A DNA stretch of 64,000 nucleotides from Octopus vulgaris (Eukaryota). Below, piece by piece: positions 1-12,221 of this stretch. Position 1 is the stretch's first letter, and each line of letters opens with the position of its first letter. A model generated the notes under the pieces. That model was given only the letters and a program-made list of their open reading frames with translations, was not told the origin of the DNA and did no database searches. The translations under genes were made by a program, and so were the position numbers. Where the stretch lies: the NCBI GenBank assembly GCA_951406725.2, contig OX597826.1, positions 78,244,001-78,308,000 of the forward strand, read 5' to 3'.

Positions 1-352
1 AGTGTTAAAATATTTATAGCTGAAATTACAATAAAACTTGATAGTTTGATAGCAATAACGTCATAAATTACTGCAAGATATCTAGTGTAGGAGGCGGAGT
101 ATGTTTAATCGACTAACGACAAACCGCTTTCCCTAATACGGCCGTCCTTGTGACTAAATATTATATATTAGCAGAATGGCAGCAGAATAGTGAATTATAC
201 GACTTGTGCTGTTTGGTCGGATCATTCGATTCCCATAGTTCAAATCCACCGAGGTCAGCTTTGCGATCTCTTTTCCGAGATCGATTTAATCGATTATACT
301 CCTCTTCTCAAGCATTTTGCCAATGTAAGAAACCTTTATTTCACTCAGCAGA

Positions 353-610
353 GGCGGCGACATGGCAGAAAGGTTAGCACACCGGGCGAAATGCTTAGCG
401 GTACTTCGTCCGCCGCTGCGTTCTGAGTTCAAATTCCGCCGAGGTCGACTTTGCCTTTCATCCTTTTGGAGTCGATTAAATAAGTACCCGTTACGCACTG
501 GGGTCGATAAAATCGACGAAATAAGCAGCAGCTGAGCGCTGGGGTCGGTGTAGTCGCCTTCCACCCTCACCAAAATTTCAAGCCTTGTGCCAATAGTAGA
601 AAGGATTATT
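353..610 (+). mobile_element. tRNA-derived SINE family A
   Basis: Head GGCGGCGA..TGGCAGAA..GTTAG, B-box GAGTTCAAATTCC and core GTCGACTTTGCCTTTCATCC, repeated many times in the window. Confidence 0.9.
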
Positions 611-1263
611 TAACTCAGGAGAATCGTTTAGCGATTATTCAGGGATGCAAATCTAACTCCCATAAATCTTTATTTCTCTAGGGTCTCTCAAAGTGTTGGC
701 ATGGAAGGAAGAATTTCTCCTCCAGCTGGAGCCCCAGCCACAATGGTTGCAACAGAGTGAATTCGACTAAAGGCACCCAAATACCATTGAGTTGTGCTTA
801 AACGAGCGATATATCAAAACTTCTACGCAGGAACTCAGAATCGTGTCGGGAAAATTCGCAGAAAATATTTTTATTCTGGGAAAATTTTTAAAAGGGAATT
901 TCATCAAACAGGAGGCCCACAAGTAGACTATAAACTAGATAACTCATTTTAAAGAAATTACCTTCGTCCAATTGGTAGGTTAATTGAGGTTGACATTTTA
1001 AGAAAACAGACAATCTTTTTTTCTTTTTCCCCGCAATTTATTTATTTTTTGTTACGGCGAGTTTTCCTATAACGACTCAGAGCACCAAGAACCAAAGCAA
1101 ACAGCACGTGACATCTCAGCCGACGCTCGGCTTGTTGTGCCAATCCTCTCTCCTGGATTGGTATTTTATTTAAATGACTCCGAAAAGATAAAAGACAAAG
1201 TTGACCATCGCAGAATTTGATTTCAAAACAAGGAGTGAAAGTCGTTTTTCTCATTTCTTGTTT

Positions 1264-1309
<46 letters not shown>

Positions 1310-1544
1310 ACGTCTTTATCTAACTTCGTTGCTTTACTGCAATAATGTCGAGCAGAAGCCATTGTAATATTTACTCACAACTCTCCCGACTGAGTTTTAC
1401 CCTCGACAAACTCAGCTTCACTTTGTCATCATTTTGGGATTCATAAAGTAAGAATCAGTCAGGTACGGGATCGAATTCATCGATTGTCCATTGTCACTAA
1501 AATGTATGACATTGTGTGTATATTAAAAAAAAAAACAATATATA

Positions 1545-1739
1545 TTTTTTTCTACAATCGGAACAAGGTTGAATTTTGAGGGAAGGGTGTTAGCCGATTA
1601 CATTGACCCCAGTGCTCAACCCCACAAAAAATGAAAAATAAAGTCGATCCCGGCAGAATTTGAACTGAGAAAGCAAAGACGGCTGAAACGCCGCTAAGCA
1701 TTTTGTCCGGCATGCTAACGATTCTGCCAGAACGCCGCC
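1545..1739 (-). mobile_element. SINE family A copy
   Basis: Reverse-complement similarity to 353-610. Confidence 0.85.
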
Positions 1740-2031
1740 TTCGTTTGCAGCCAATATTATAATTAGATAAAATGGCGACCAGCTTCTACAACCGCCATCA
1801 TGCTGCACAAAATACTTAGCGGTATTTCGTCGGTCTATATAATTTCAAAGAATGTATCGGTTACATCCAAAACTCTGATGATTCCAATGCAATCTTCTTG
1901 CCACCAGATGAAACATCTTATAAGTAATATTTGAAATATACAACACCACACTCTGTCTTCACACACATTGAGTACTTTTCCTTTTCATTTGCCGACGTAT
2001 TAGCTACATAAATAGGAATAGCTGCAGCGTT

Positions 2032-2065
<34 letters not shown>

Positions 2066-2335
2066 GGGAAACAGAGAGGGTAAATGAGTGATAAAGTTAA
2101 ATAATTTTCAAGTCATTGATACAGTGATCGATAAATAAAGAGATAAATACAGTGGTATCTAGAAATATAACCAAGTATATTTATACATGCATGTATCTGG
2201 TCGTAATTATATATATATATATATATTTATATATGTATGTATATACTTTGATACTTTGATACTTTGATAGGTTTCGGCCATTATTGGCCCAGGCCATGTC
2301 TAACTTAATAGCACCACCTGGTGAAGTCTTTCAAG

Positions 2336-4183
2336 TCAGAATTTGGGCACTATGGCCCACTCAAGTAGAGAGTTATTGTTTACAGAGACATATCCGGGTG
2401 TAGGGGGTTTATCCGGGATTTCTTGAAGGAATCTGTCCAAAGACTTCTTGAACCCTATAGGGTCAGTTACTGTTTTAATGTGTTTTGGTGTAATGTTAAA
2501 GAGAGCGGGGCCAATTGAGGTGAAATAATTGTGCCGTATTGTTGTTATGAGATGAGAGTGCGATTTTTGTTTTGGGCGGATGGCACGGGGCCCAAGCCTT
2601 GGATGTACCTTAAAGGTGATGCCAACATCATTTGGGCAATGCTGATGGAATATTTTCCACATCATGCAGATGATGTAGCGCTCACGACGACGTTGGAGAG
2701 AATAGAGTTTTAGCTTTTCTAGTCGACCCCAATAGTCGAGGCCTGTCATGCCATCTATCTTTTTTGTGATTGCCCTTTGAGGTGCTTCAACTTTTATGAT
2801 ACCTTGTATTGTGTGGGGAGACCACAGTGGACAACAGTATTCAAGGTGGGGTCGGGCAAAAGTGGAGAAGAGAAGGATAATGGTGTGGATATCTCTCGAC
2901 TGGAAAGTTCTGAGAATCCAGGAACACATTCTGCGGGCCATGTCAACTTTGGTGTTTATATGAGTGGCCCAGCTTACGTTGTTGTCCACAATTACTCCCA
3001 AGTCTCTGATGTTGTTGGACGCCGCGAGAGTTTCACCTGAAGGAAGGGAGTATGGGAGTTTCAGGGCATCCTCTTTTCCAAAGTGGATTAGCTCAAATTT
3101 ATCCTCGTTCTGCAGCATATTGTTTTTTTCTGCCCATTGGATAACAGCCAGTAGATCTGACTGAAGGCATGTCCGGTCACTCGTCTCATTTATGACCTTC
3201 TGTAGCTTGGAGTCATCTGCAAAGATTTTTATGTTGCTGTGCTTGATGATGTCATTAATGTCATTAATGTAAATGATGAAAAGAAGTGGGCCCAGCACAG
3301 TGCCTTGCGGAACGCCACTACTGACTTTGGCTGGGCTTGATTTTACCCCTTCAACTACAACATGTTGAGATCTGTCTGTCAGGAAACACTTAATCCATTT
3401 CAGTAACTTTCCAGAGACACCAATGTTGGATAGTTTTTTCAATAGGATCTTGTGATCGACCCTGTCGAAGGCCTTACTGAAATCAAGGTAGATGACATCG
3501 GTGTTGGAGCCCTCTCCCAAAGCTCTCAAAATGTCCTCAAAGTGATGCAGGAGCTGCGTTAGGCAGTCCCTTCCATTACGGAACCCATGTTGGTTGGAGA
3601 TCAGCCGTCTGTTGCTTTCCAGAAATTGGGTTATTCGAGATCTCACCACCCTCTCAAATACCTTGATGATATGAGAGGTGAGTGAGATCGGACGGTAATT
3701 CACTGCAAGGGACGTGTTTCCCTTTTTGAAAACTGGGACAACAGACTGGGACAGAAGGTTTTTTGGAATATAGCCAGCATCCAGTGAGTTTCTCCACAGA
3801 TTAGCAAGGGGAGATGCAAGTTGGTGTCGACACACCTTCAGGACACAAGCAGGGAACCTATCGGGGCCTACTGCTGAATTGTGTTTTATTTCGTTTATCG
3901 CCGCTAAGACATCAGGGGCACTAAACGTTATGTCCGATATAGTGTGTTGGGGGTTGACATCACTGATACAGCCCAGATCGGCCATATCAGGATTGCTGAA
4001 AACAGAGCAGTATTGTTTCTGCAGTATCTCGGCCATGGATTTGGCATTATCTTGGAGAGTGCCAGTTTCGTCAATTAGAGGGCCTACAGTGGAGACAGTG
4101 ACCCTGCGTTTCCTCGCAAATGAAAAGAACACTTTGGGGTTGAGTTTGATTTTTTCAATGGCCCACTTCTCCTCAGCTGATCT
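2336..4183 (-). CDS. LINE ORF2, reverse-transcriptase part (disrupted upstream by an in-frame TAA at 4184-4186)
   Basis: Motifs NYRPISLTS, QHGFR, YLDFSKAFD, GVPQGTVLGPLLF, FADD and DLGV; C-terminus LQRRRER...PDKPPTPGY typical of CR1-group ORF2. Confidence 0.95.
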   Translation of the reverse strand, partial: RSAEEKWAIEKIKLNPKVFFSFARKRRVTVSTVGPLIDETGTLQDNAKSMAEILQKQYCSVFSNPDMADLGCISDVNPQHTISDITFSAPDVLAAINEIKHNSAVGPDRFPACVLKVCRHQLASPLANLWRNSLDAGYIPKNLLSQSVVPVFKKGNTSLAVNYRPISLTSHIIKVFERVVRSRITQFLESNRRLISNQHGFRNGRDCLTQLLHHFEDILRALGEGSNTDVIYLDFSKAFDRVDHKILLKKLSNIGVSGKLLKWIKCFLTDRSQHVVVEGVKSSPAKVSSGVPQGTVLGPLLFIIYINDINDIIKHSNIKIFADDSKLQKVINETSDRTCLQSDLLAVIQWAEKNNMLQNEDKFELIHFGKEDALKLPYSLPSGETLAASNNIRDLGVIVDNNVSWATHINTKVDMARRMCSWILRTFQSRDIHTIILLFSTFARPHLEYCCPLWSPHTIQGIIKVEAPQRAITKKIDGMTGLDYWGRLEKLKLYSLQRRRERYIICMMWKIFHQHCPNDVGITFKVHPRLGPRAIRPKQKSHSHLITTIRHNYFTSIGPALFNITPKHIKTVTDPIGFKKSLDRFLQEIPDKPPTPGYVSVNNNSLLEWAIVPKF

Positions 4184-5468
4184 TTAGTTATTGATGAGGG
4201 TCTTCATGCATTGTTGGAGGTTATATTTTTTGGATTCAAGCAGTGCGATAGCCGTCGAATGTGTGTGTTGCTGTTGGCAGTACTTTAGTTTGTTAATTTT
4301 TTGTTTGTTCTTTTTATTTTTCTGATAATGGTTTTTCTGTTTTGGGGGATTCTGCACTTTTTGTTCACAGGTCTTGGTGGAGAGTGTTTTGCACATATGT
4401 CTGTGACGGTGTCTACAAAGATCTGCCAAGATGTTTTATGGTTGGTGGAGATGTGTGTATGTGTAAAGGACCAGTCAACATTTGATAGCTCGTTCCTGAT
4501 TGCATCCCAGTTGGCTTTATGGAGATCCATGTTGTCAAATGGGTGGGCTGGAGGAAGGTCACTAGGATTAGCTTTCGGCTGGTGGAATTTCATGTTACAG
4601 AGAACCATGTCATGGTCTGAAAGAAGGGTTTTTTCCACTGTAACGTTATGTATAGTGTTAGTGTGGTTACTAAACACTAGGTCCAAAATGTTCTGATGTC
4701 TTGTTGGTGCAAGGACAAGTTGGGACAAGAAAAACTCATTCGTAAAGTCGAAAAGTGACTCTGCTGCTTCTTTGTCAGCGGTTGAGGCGGGAGTGCTTGG
4801 TTTCAAACAGTTTGTAGTCCAGTCAACACAGGGTAGATTGAAGTCTCCCATCATGAGTATGTTGCTAGAATGGCACTGTTGAATAAAGCACTTAATGCTG
4901 TTGAGGCATTCTTTAAAGCACAGTATGGGTGTTTGGGGCGGCCTATAGAGCCCAATTACTGTCAGGTCATTGGCTTTGTTGTGCACGGTGACTGATTCAC
5001 AGTAGCCGTTGGAGAATATACTATTTCCATCTGCCGTAAATGAATCATGCAGGAAAATGGCAGTTCCACCATTCCTCCTGCCGATACGATCCGCGCGGAT
5101 GGTTGTGAAATTCTTCACTCTCACTTCGGCTTCCAAGTGGGAGTTGTCAAGGTGGGTCTCAGTGAGAATGAAGAAAGGGATGTGGTGTGAATGGTTACCA
5201 ACCCAGTCTTCAATGAATTGGACCTTCCATTTTTGTGCATTGATGGAAGGGCTGACACCTTGTGCATTGAGTAGGAATGTGGAGGTTAGTGTAGTGGCTG
5301 GTTTTGACTGTTGCAGGGGGCTTGGATTTTTTGTGTGTGTTAGTGGCAGCAATGTGGGGAATTGGTGCACTGGGGTAATAGCATAGGATGGTGTTGAGTG
5401 ATGGCTAGAATGTTTTTGTGTATCTCTTTTGCCATGTTCAACATGGCTAAAAAAGAATTTTCCTGCTT
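4184..5468 (-). CDS. LINE ORF2, apurinic-like endonuclease part (1-nt frameshift in the T6 run at 4297-4302)
   Basis: Motifs LNAQG, LTETHL, RADR..R.GG, LYRPP, GDFNLP, ILDLVF and SDH. The 4285..5370 and 4184..4429 ORFs join at ..RTNKK/INKLK.., and the second is in frame with the RT ORF. Confidence 0.92.
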
Positions 5469-5920
5469 AGGGAGCAGTTTTTGGCTGGAGGTGTGGTTGC
5501 ACTGTTGGATAGGGTTGTAGTTTCCACTTTTGTTGTTGTTGTTTTTGTGTCTTCCTGAAAAGACTGGACCAGCATTACTGCAGCATGGTGTGTTTCTATT
5601 TTTATTGTTATTCAGGTTTGTGTGTTGTATATATATTATTAATATTTTATATCAATATTATTATATATATATGTATTATTAATATTATTAGCATTGATCT
5701 CCGTCGTATAAAATGGAGCGATGTGCTTTGCGTGAACTTTTTGGTTCCTTCTCCGGACCTTTCCTTTCTCCTAATTCTGACGAAGAGCCGTGCTCGAAAC
5801 ATTATACACCTACTCTCTTTTTCCAGCTTATACTTGTCGACATGCTAATACATTCTATGTGTACGTCCTTTTCACTTTTGCTGCTTTGTTATTTGCTGTT
5901 TTTAATTTTCCATTTGCCCA

Positions 5921-5976
<56 letters not shown>

Positions 5977-6503
5977 TGTAGACATGTATTCATACACACA
6001 TTCAGGCGAAAACCCCCTGCAGCAAAAGTTCGAAGACACTGTCGAACTTTTGCTCGTAAAAATTAACTTTTGCACTCAAATGCATTAAGTGTTCGATCTA
6101 CAGTTACACCTCTCTCTCTCTCTTTCTCTCGCTATATATATGTGTGTGTGTGTGCATGTATGTATGCGCACCTGTGTGTGTACTTATGTGTTTGTGTGTG
6201 TGTGTATGTGTGCGTGTGTGCGTGTGCGTGTAAAAGGAGATCTGAACTGTTTCTGTCAGCCAAATTTCACTTCGCAATTTTCTACCCAAACCGAGTTTAT
6301 GAGAGCTGACATTACATCGTGCGATTGTTGCTCGATAGAATCGAACCCTGAACCACGAAATTACGATAGAACTTCTTAGCCACACAATTATGCCTGCGTA
6401 CTTGTTTCACGTTACCTCTTTTATACATTTGTGTCTGACCAAAATAAAAGAACCGGACAACTGAACCTTTCAGCACTGCTTGCTTCCTTTAATATTTTGA
6501 CGA

Positions 6504-6900
6504 GGCGCAGGCATGGCTGCGTTGTAAGAAGCTTACTTCCCAACCACAGGGTTCCGAGTTCAGCTCCACTGCATGGCACCCTGGGTAAGGGGCTTCTACT
6601 ATAGCCTCGGGCCCACCGAAGCCTTGTGAGCGGATTTGGTAGACGGAAACTGAAAGAATCCCATCGTATGTATAAATATCTATGCATGCTTGTGTGTGTG
6701 TGTTTATGTGTCTGTATTTGTCTCTCACACCCGCTTGACAACCGGTGTTAGTGTGTTTACATCCCCGTAATTAGCGGTTCAGTAAAAAGCTTTAAAAAAG
6801 AAAATACGTATTGGGGTCGACTCGTTTGACTAAAATCCTTCAAGGCGGTGCTCCAGCATGGCCGAAGCCTAATGATTGAAACAAGTAAAAGATAAAAGAA
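6504..6900 (+). mobile_element. tRNA-derived SINE family B (about 400 bp, internal TA/TG microsatellite)
   Basis: Head GGCGCAGGCATGGCTG..GTAAGAAGCTTACTTCCCAACCAC..GGTTC; tail CAGCATGGCC...GAAACAAGTAAAAGA. Confidence 0.9.
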
Positions 6901-7784
6901 TGATACCGTCACGCATTTATTTATTTATTTTATTTTATCGTATTTTATTTATATTATTTTATTTCTTTCTTGTGGGAGTGGTGAGAACCTTCCTAGAGAG
7001 ATAACTGATCCAGGAAGGATGGAACGGAATGTCGAGCTAGCCGTGAATTGAACGCGGGATATAGAAGGGCACAGTATAATACTTGAAGACAGTTCCACGA
7101 ATTTCCGACAATTTCTGATGACTGGGCCAAGTGAGCCCTTCCCTCGGAGCAACAACTGATCGCAGTGCGTTCACGGAAAAGAAACTTCGTAGGTTTAGCA
7201 GAAACCGGAGTACGTGACTTTCTCGTAATTCCCAGGAAAATGAATGACATTACTTAAGTATCTTCAACTAGTAATGGCATATCATTAAAAACTATGCAAT
7301 ATTCAGTGTGAAAAAAAATATTCATAGGAAAATTACACAGAAAATATATCTAATATCCATTTACGAAAATATAAGTGGTAATATTTAGTATGAATACAAT
7401 GCTAGCAGTATTTTAATGACCAGCTATGAAATAATATCTTTTAGCACTTTGATAGCCATAATATAATGGATGTCTATGAAATATTCTTTATGAATACATT
7501 TGATAAGAATTATTGATTTCTCGTGACTAAGCACAAGGCCAATTTGTATTGGGAATAAACATAAAAAAAATTAACCAAGCAGACTAATGAAAACTGCTCT
7601 CAGATGTGGGAAGATGGAGAAGAAGAAGAAGAAAAAAAACTAAATAGCAATTGACTAAGAAAGAAAATCAGTGTATTATACTCACACAAAATACTAAGTC
7701 TATCATTTTTTCTAAGGTCTTGGGGGTTGCGAATAGACTGTGCTTCTCTGAAGAGGTCTACAGATACCGAAACATGCTCGAGAC

Positions 7785-8200
7785 TCTCTTTTACTCTTTT
7801 ACTTGTTTCAGTCATTTGACTGTGGCCATGCTGGAGCACCGCCTTTTAGTCGAGCAAATCGACCCCAGGACGTATTCTTTGTAAGCCTAGTACTTATTCT
7901 ATCGGTCTCTTTTGCTGAACCGCTAAGTTACGGGGACGTAAACACACCAGCATCAGATGTCAAGCGATACTGAGGGGTACAAACACAGACACACAAACAT
8001 ATACACACACACATACACATATATTATACATATATACGACAGGCTTCTTTCAGTTTCTGTCTACCAAATCCACTCACAAGGCTTTGGTTGGCCCGAGACT
8101 ATAGTAGAAGACACTTGCCCAAGGTGCCACGCAGTGGGACTGAACCTGGAACTATGTGGTTTGTAAGCAAGCTACTTACCACACAGCCACTCCTACGCCT
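7785..8200 (-). mobile_element. SINE family B copy
   Basis: Full reverse-complement match to 6504-6900. Confidence 0.92.
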
Positions 8201-8678
8201 GTTACCTTTATTACCAAAGTTTAAATCCATTCCTTTGTATGTCTACAATTAATGTTGGGGCGATTGAAATTTCAGCCGTTCTTTCCCTCACCTTTTTGAG
8301 AGAGGGGGAGAAGGAAAGAAACAGAGTGTGAGTGGGAGGGGAAACAATTTTTATTAAATCTAAGAAGCTTTGTCTAAATGATTAACAAATATTTTCGGCT
8401 CCCCACGTGGCCTTAGGAATCATCTCTATCTTTCTCTCTCCACCTCTCTTTCTCTCTCCCTTTCTCTCCCCTGTTCTCTTTCTTTGTTTCTTTCTTTCTC
8501 TTTGTATGTTCGTGTGGTGGATGAGAATATGTTAGTGAAACCATAGTATAAATAAGCACGAGAAACGGCTCAGGCTGATCAAACTCTCAAACTCCGAACT
8601 CGTATTGACGAAGAGCAATCCGCTAGAACAAGAATTGGTTGTAATTTCGGAGGAGTAGCAGACAAAAAGACGAAGAAG

Positions 8679-9050
8679 GGCAGGCGTGGTTGGGTGGTAA
8701 GAAGTTTGATTCCCAACCACATAGGTTCGCGTTCAGTTCCACTGCGTGGCACCTTGGGCAAGTGTCTTATACTATAGCCTCAGGTCAACCAAAGCCATGT
8801 GAGTGAATTTGGAAGAGGGAAACTGAAAGAAGCCCATTGTGTGTGTGTTTGTGTGTGTGCTTGAGCCCATCATCATGTTTGTGTGCTTACGTCTCCGTAA
8901 CGTAGCGGTTCGGACATACAGGTCGATAAGATAAGTACCAGGCTTAGAATAATTAAGTATTTGGACCGATTCGTTCGACTAAAGATTCCTTAAGGTGGTG
9001 CCCCAGCATGGCCTCAGTATAACGACTAGAACGAACATAAAGATAAAATA
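8679..9050 (+). mobile_element. SINE family B copy
   Basis: Family head, body and tail. Confidence 0.88.
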
Positions 9051-9364
9051 TAAACATTTTTAGATTGTAGGAATGTTACATATGTATATTACAGACTGAA
9101 AAAGCTTTACATCCGTTTCAAATATTGGCGAACGGCACGATTGATAGTATAAAATATATTCTAGAAACAGGTGTAGCCAATGAGGCAAAATTTCACAAAG
9201 CATATTAGCAAAAGTGTTACCAACTCGCATGAAGCTCGATACGTGGGTATTTTTATGCGGGGACCATCGAATATTCTCGTCGGAAGCATGATTAGCAAAT
9301 GCAGCAAAAAAAAATATTAACAAAAAATAATAATAAATAAATGATTCCTTCTCCTCAAGTCATA

Positions 9365-9695
9365 CTAGGAGCAGCACGAAGGTCGGTTTCCCAGTTTCAA
9401 TGGCGTATACATTCCCCACCTGGATGGGACACCGGTCCATCGCAGAATGATTCCTTCTCAAGCCATGCCAGGCACATGAGGGCCGCTTTCTTGGTTTCGG
9501 TGACGTATATATCTCCCACCTGAACGGGACACCGGTTCGCAGCAGGATTAATCATTTCTGCCAGCTGAGTGGACTGGAGCAACGTAAAATGAAGTGTTTT
9601 GATCACGAGCACAACGTGTCACCCGGTCCAGGAATCGAAAGCGCAGTCTTACGATCATGAGTCCGACACCTTGACCACTAAGCTACGCGCCTCCA
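9365..9695 (-). mobile_element. tRNA-derived SINE family C (duplicated 3' segment)
   Basis: Minus-strand head GGAGGCGCGTAGCTTAGTGG..TTCGATTCC; core shared with 50640-50796; CCCACCTG.A.GGGACACCGGT occurs twice. Confidence 0.8.
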
Positions 9696-10237
9696 CCAGC
9701 AAATGCAGTAGTAACAGAAGATATATTTATGATCAGTTCTGGCATCAAGAATGTAGACGGAGGGAGAGGACAATGAGTAATGAGGTTGGATTATGGAAGA
9801 AGGTGAGGGTAAGGAACGCGAAGTTAAGAGAAGAAAGTACGTAAAATGTCGAAAGGGGAGAAAAGGGTAATGGACGAAGAAGAAGAAAATGAAAGAAATG
9901 AATGAAAGAGAAATGAGAGAGTCATTGAGTTGGTGTGGGATGTTTGACATTCAGAATGGAGAAACCGAATAATGAGAAGAGTAGAGAAGGGAGCGTAGAT
10001 CACAGGAAATCTCTTAAAAAGAACGAGAGAATGATATTCTAAAATAGTACCCCAACGGTACATGAAGTGGTTGTGTAAATTGTTGGTGATCTTGTTTCGT
10101 ATAAGTGTTTTGTATGTGTAAATATGAATGGAACCACGAAAACATAGATATAGATGAAAATATAAATGTAATGAACAGACCAAAATGTGGTTCCGCAGGC
10201 AATATTTAAATGTGGATAGCGGTATTGAGTCTGAAAA

Positions 10238-10450
10238 GGCGGCGAGCTGGCAGAAACGTTAGCACGCCGGGCGAAATGCTTAGCGGTATTTCGCCTGTCG
10301 CTACGTTCTGTGTTCAAATTCCGCCGAGGTCGACTTTGCCTTTCATCCTTTCGGGGTCGATAAATTAAGTACTAGTTACACACTGGGGTCGATGTAACCG
10401 ACTGGTCCCCTCCCCAAAAATGTTTGCCCCTGTGCCTATAGTAGAAAAGA
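10238..10450 (+). mobile_element. SINE family A copy (well preserved)
   Basis: GGCGGCGAGCTGGCAGAAACGTTAGCACGCCGGGCG...GTCGACTTTGCCTTTCATCCTTTCGGGGTCGATAAA. Confidence 0.92.
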
Positions 10451-10754
10451 ACATTTAAATGTAAACAAGTATAAAGGAAATATGAAAGAGAGGATGTGAA
10501 GTTCAAATCAAAGTATTTTAAATTGAGAAGTAAATAATTTACTCACCTGAATGTTGTACGTCTGCGGTGTTTCTTTTTGTAGCTTCTCAACATTTTTCCA
10601 TCAGGCCAATACATTTTATCGTACAACAACGTGTTGGAGATGCACCTTCCGTCTCAAAACATCTATAATGTTTCATAACAGGAAACAGAAACATGGGAAA
10701 CAGGAAACAGAAACATTTCCTATCATGATCGTTGATAATATAACTGAATGAGAT

Positions 10755-11163
10755 CGTCTGTCTTCATGTTCTGAGTTCGAATTCAAATCGAAGCCGATTT
10801 TGCCTTGCATCCTTTCGGCGCGTCGATAAAACAAGTACCAGCTGAGCACTGAGGTCGGTGTAATCGGCTTACCCCCTCCCCCGATCTTGCTGGCCCTGTG
10901 CCAAAATTTGAAACCAATATTACTGAGCGAGATAAAGGCGGCAAGTTGGTTAAATAGTTACAGCACCGGGCAAAATATTTATCCGTGTTTCTTCTAGCTT
11001 TACGTTCTGAGTTCAAATTCCGTTGAGGTCGACTTCATATTTCATCTTTTCGGGGTCGTTAAAATAAGTACCAGTTGGATACTGAATGGCTCGATGAAAG
11101 GGACTAGCCCCCCCTCCCCCCCTCAAATTTCAGGCCTTGTACCTCGCATGGTAGAAAAAATAG
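10755..11163 (+). mobile_element. Two adjacent SINE family A copies (10755-10920 head-truncated; 10937-11163)
   Basis: Same core and tail as 10238-10450. Confidence 0.85.
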
Positions 11164-11639
11164 TATTGAGATAAATATTTATGATGAACTTACCATCTTT
11201 GCAAGGAATCCAACGATCATATAACGCGTTCTTGTATAAACTTCTCCAAAACACTAATGGTGCCTGCAAGATGGCGACGGAAGTCAACGATGCCAGTTTC
11301 GTAGTAAACTGAAGATTTCTTCCGTTATATTTGTCTGCGCACCAGTTTGTGTATACACACATACTTAGTGTTGTATACACACATACTTAGATACACACGC
11401 ACGCACGTACACACACGTATATATATATGCACAAATAAAATCTGTACGTGTTTTTATCTTCCTATCATTCTCGCTCAAGCTCTGAGCCGATGGTTTTATT
11501 CCATTTGATAATCAGGATGCTGGCACAGGAGAAACCACGAGGGAACAAAAGAAAAAAAACGCGAAGGTTGAGCAAAATATTGAATTACAAAACAAAGGAT
11601 GGATAGAAAGAGAAAACGAATGAAAAGGAAGAATATGTA

Positions 11640-11819
11640 CTCTTTCTTTTCTTCTATTCTTGGTTTCAGTCATTTGACTGCGGCCATGCTGGAGCACCGC
11701 CTATTGTCGTACAAATAGAGTCCAGGACTTATTCTATCGGTTTCTTTTGCCGAACAGATAAGTGACGAGGAAATAAACGCGACACCATCGCTTGACACAC
11801 AGACACACACACACAGACA

Positions 11820-11904
<85 letters not shown>

Positions 11905-12063
11905 GACGGACTTCTTTCAGTTTTCGTCAACCAAATCCACTCACAAGGCTTTGGTCGGCTCGAGGCTATAGCAGAAGACTCTTGCCCAAGGTGCCATGCC
12001 GTGGAACTGGACCCGGAACCATGTGGTTGGAAACCAAGCTTCTTACCACACAGTCATGCCTGC
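11640..12063 (-). mobile_element. SINE family B copy with expanded internal (CA)n(TA)n
   Basis: Family tail at 11640-11790 and head at 11903-12063. Confidence 0.9.
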
Positions 12064-12073
12064 TACCTCGCCT

Positions 12074-12104
<31 letters not shown>

Positions 12105-12221
12105 CAATAAAAATGGTAAATAATGTTTCAGTGGTTTTTCATATAACCAACAATTATTTACCGGTAAATTTCGGTATGTAAATATGACAAATTCATCGTC
12201 AGGAACTTTTGTAAAGTTCAG

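Larger units (their letters stand above)
2243..5628 (-). mobile_element. CR1-group (CR1/L2/Crack/Daphne-like) non-LTR retrotransposon, 5'-truncated within ORF1, with an 8-bp tandem-repeat tail
   Basis: APE and RT ORFs on the minus strand, a short 3' UTR and a tail of (ATACTTTG)x3 on + at 2243-2266. The ORF1 frame is open from about 5628 to about 5340. Both ends abut TA-rich tracts. Confidence 0.93.

Noticed and set aside
1870-1925. CTGATGA...GAAAC hammerhead-like spacing
   Set aside because: No convincing stem I or stem II pairing.
7110-7145. CTGATGA followed by a GGGC/GCCC hairpin
   Set aside because: No GAAA after the stem.
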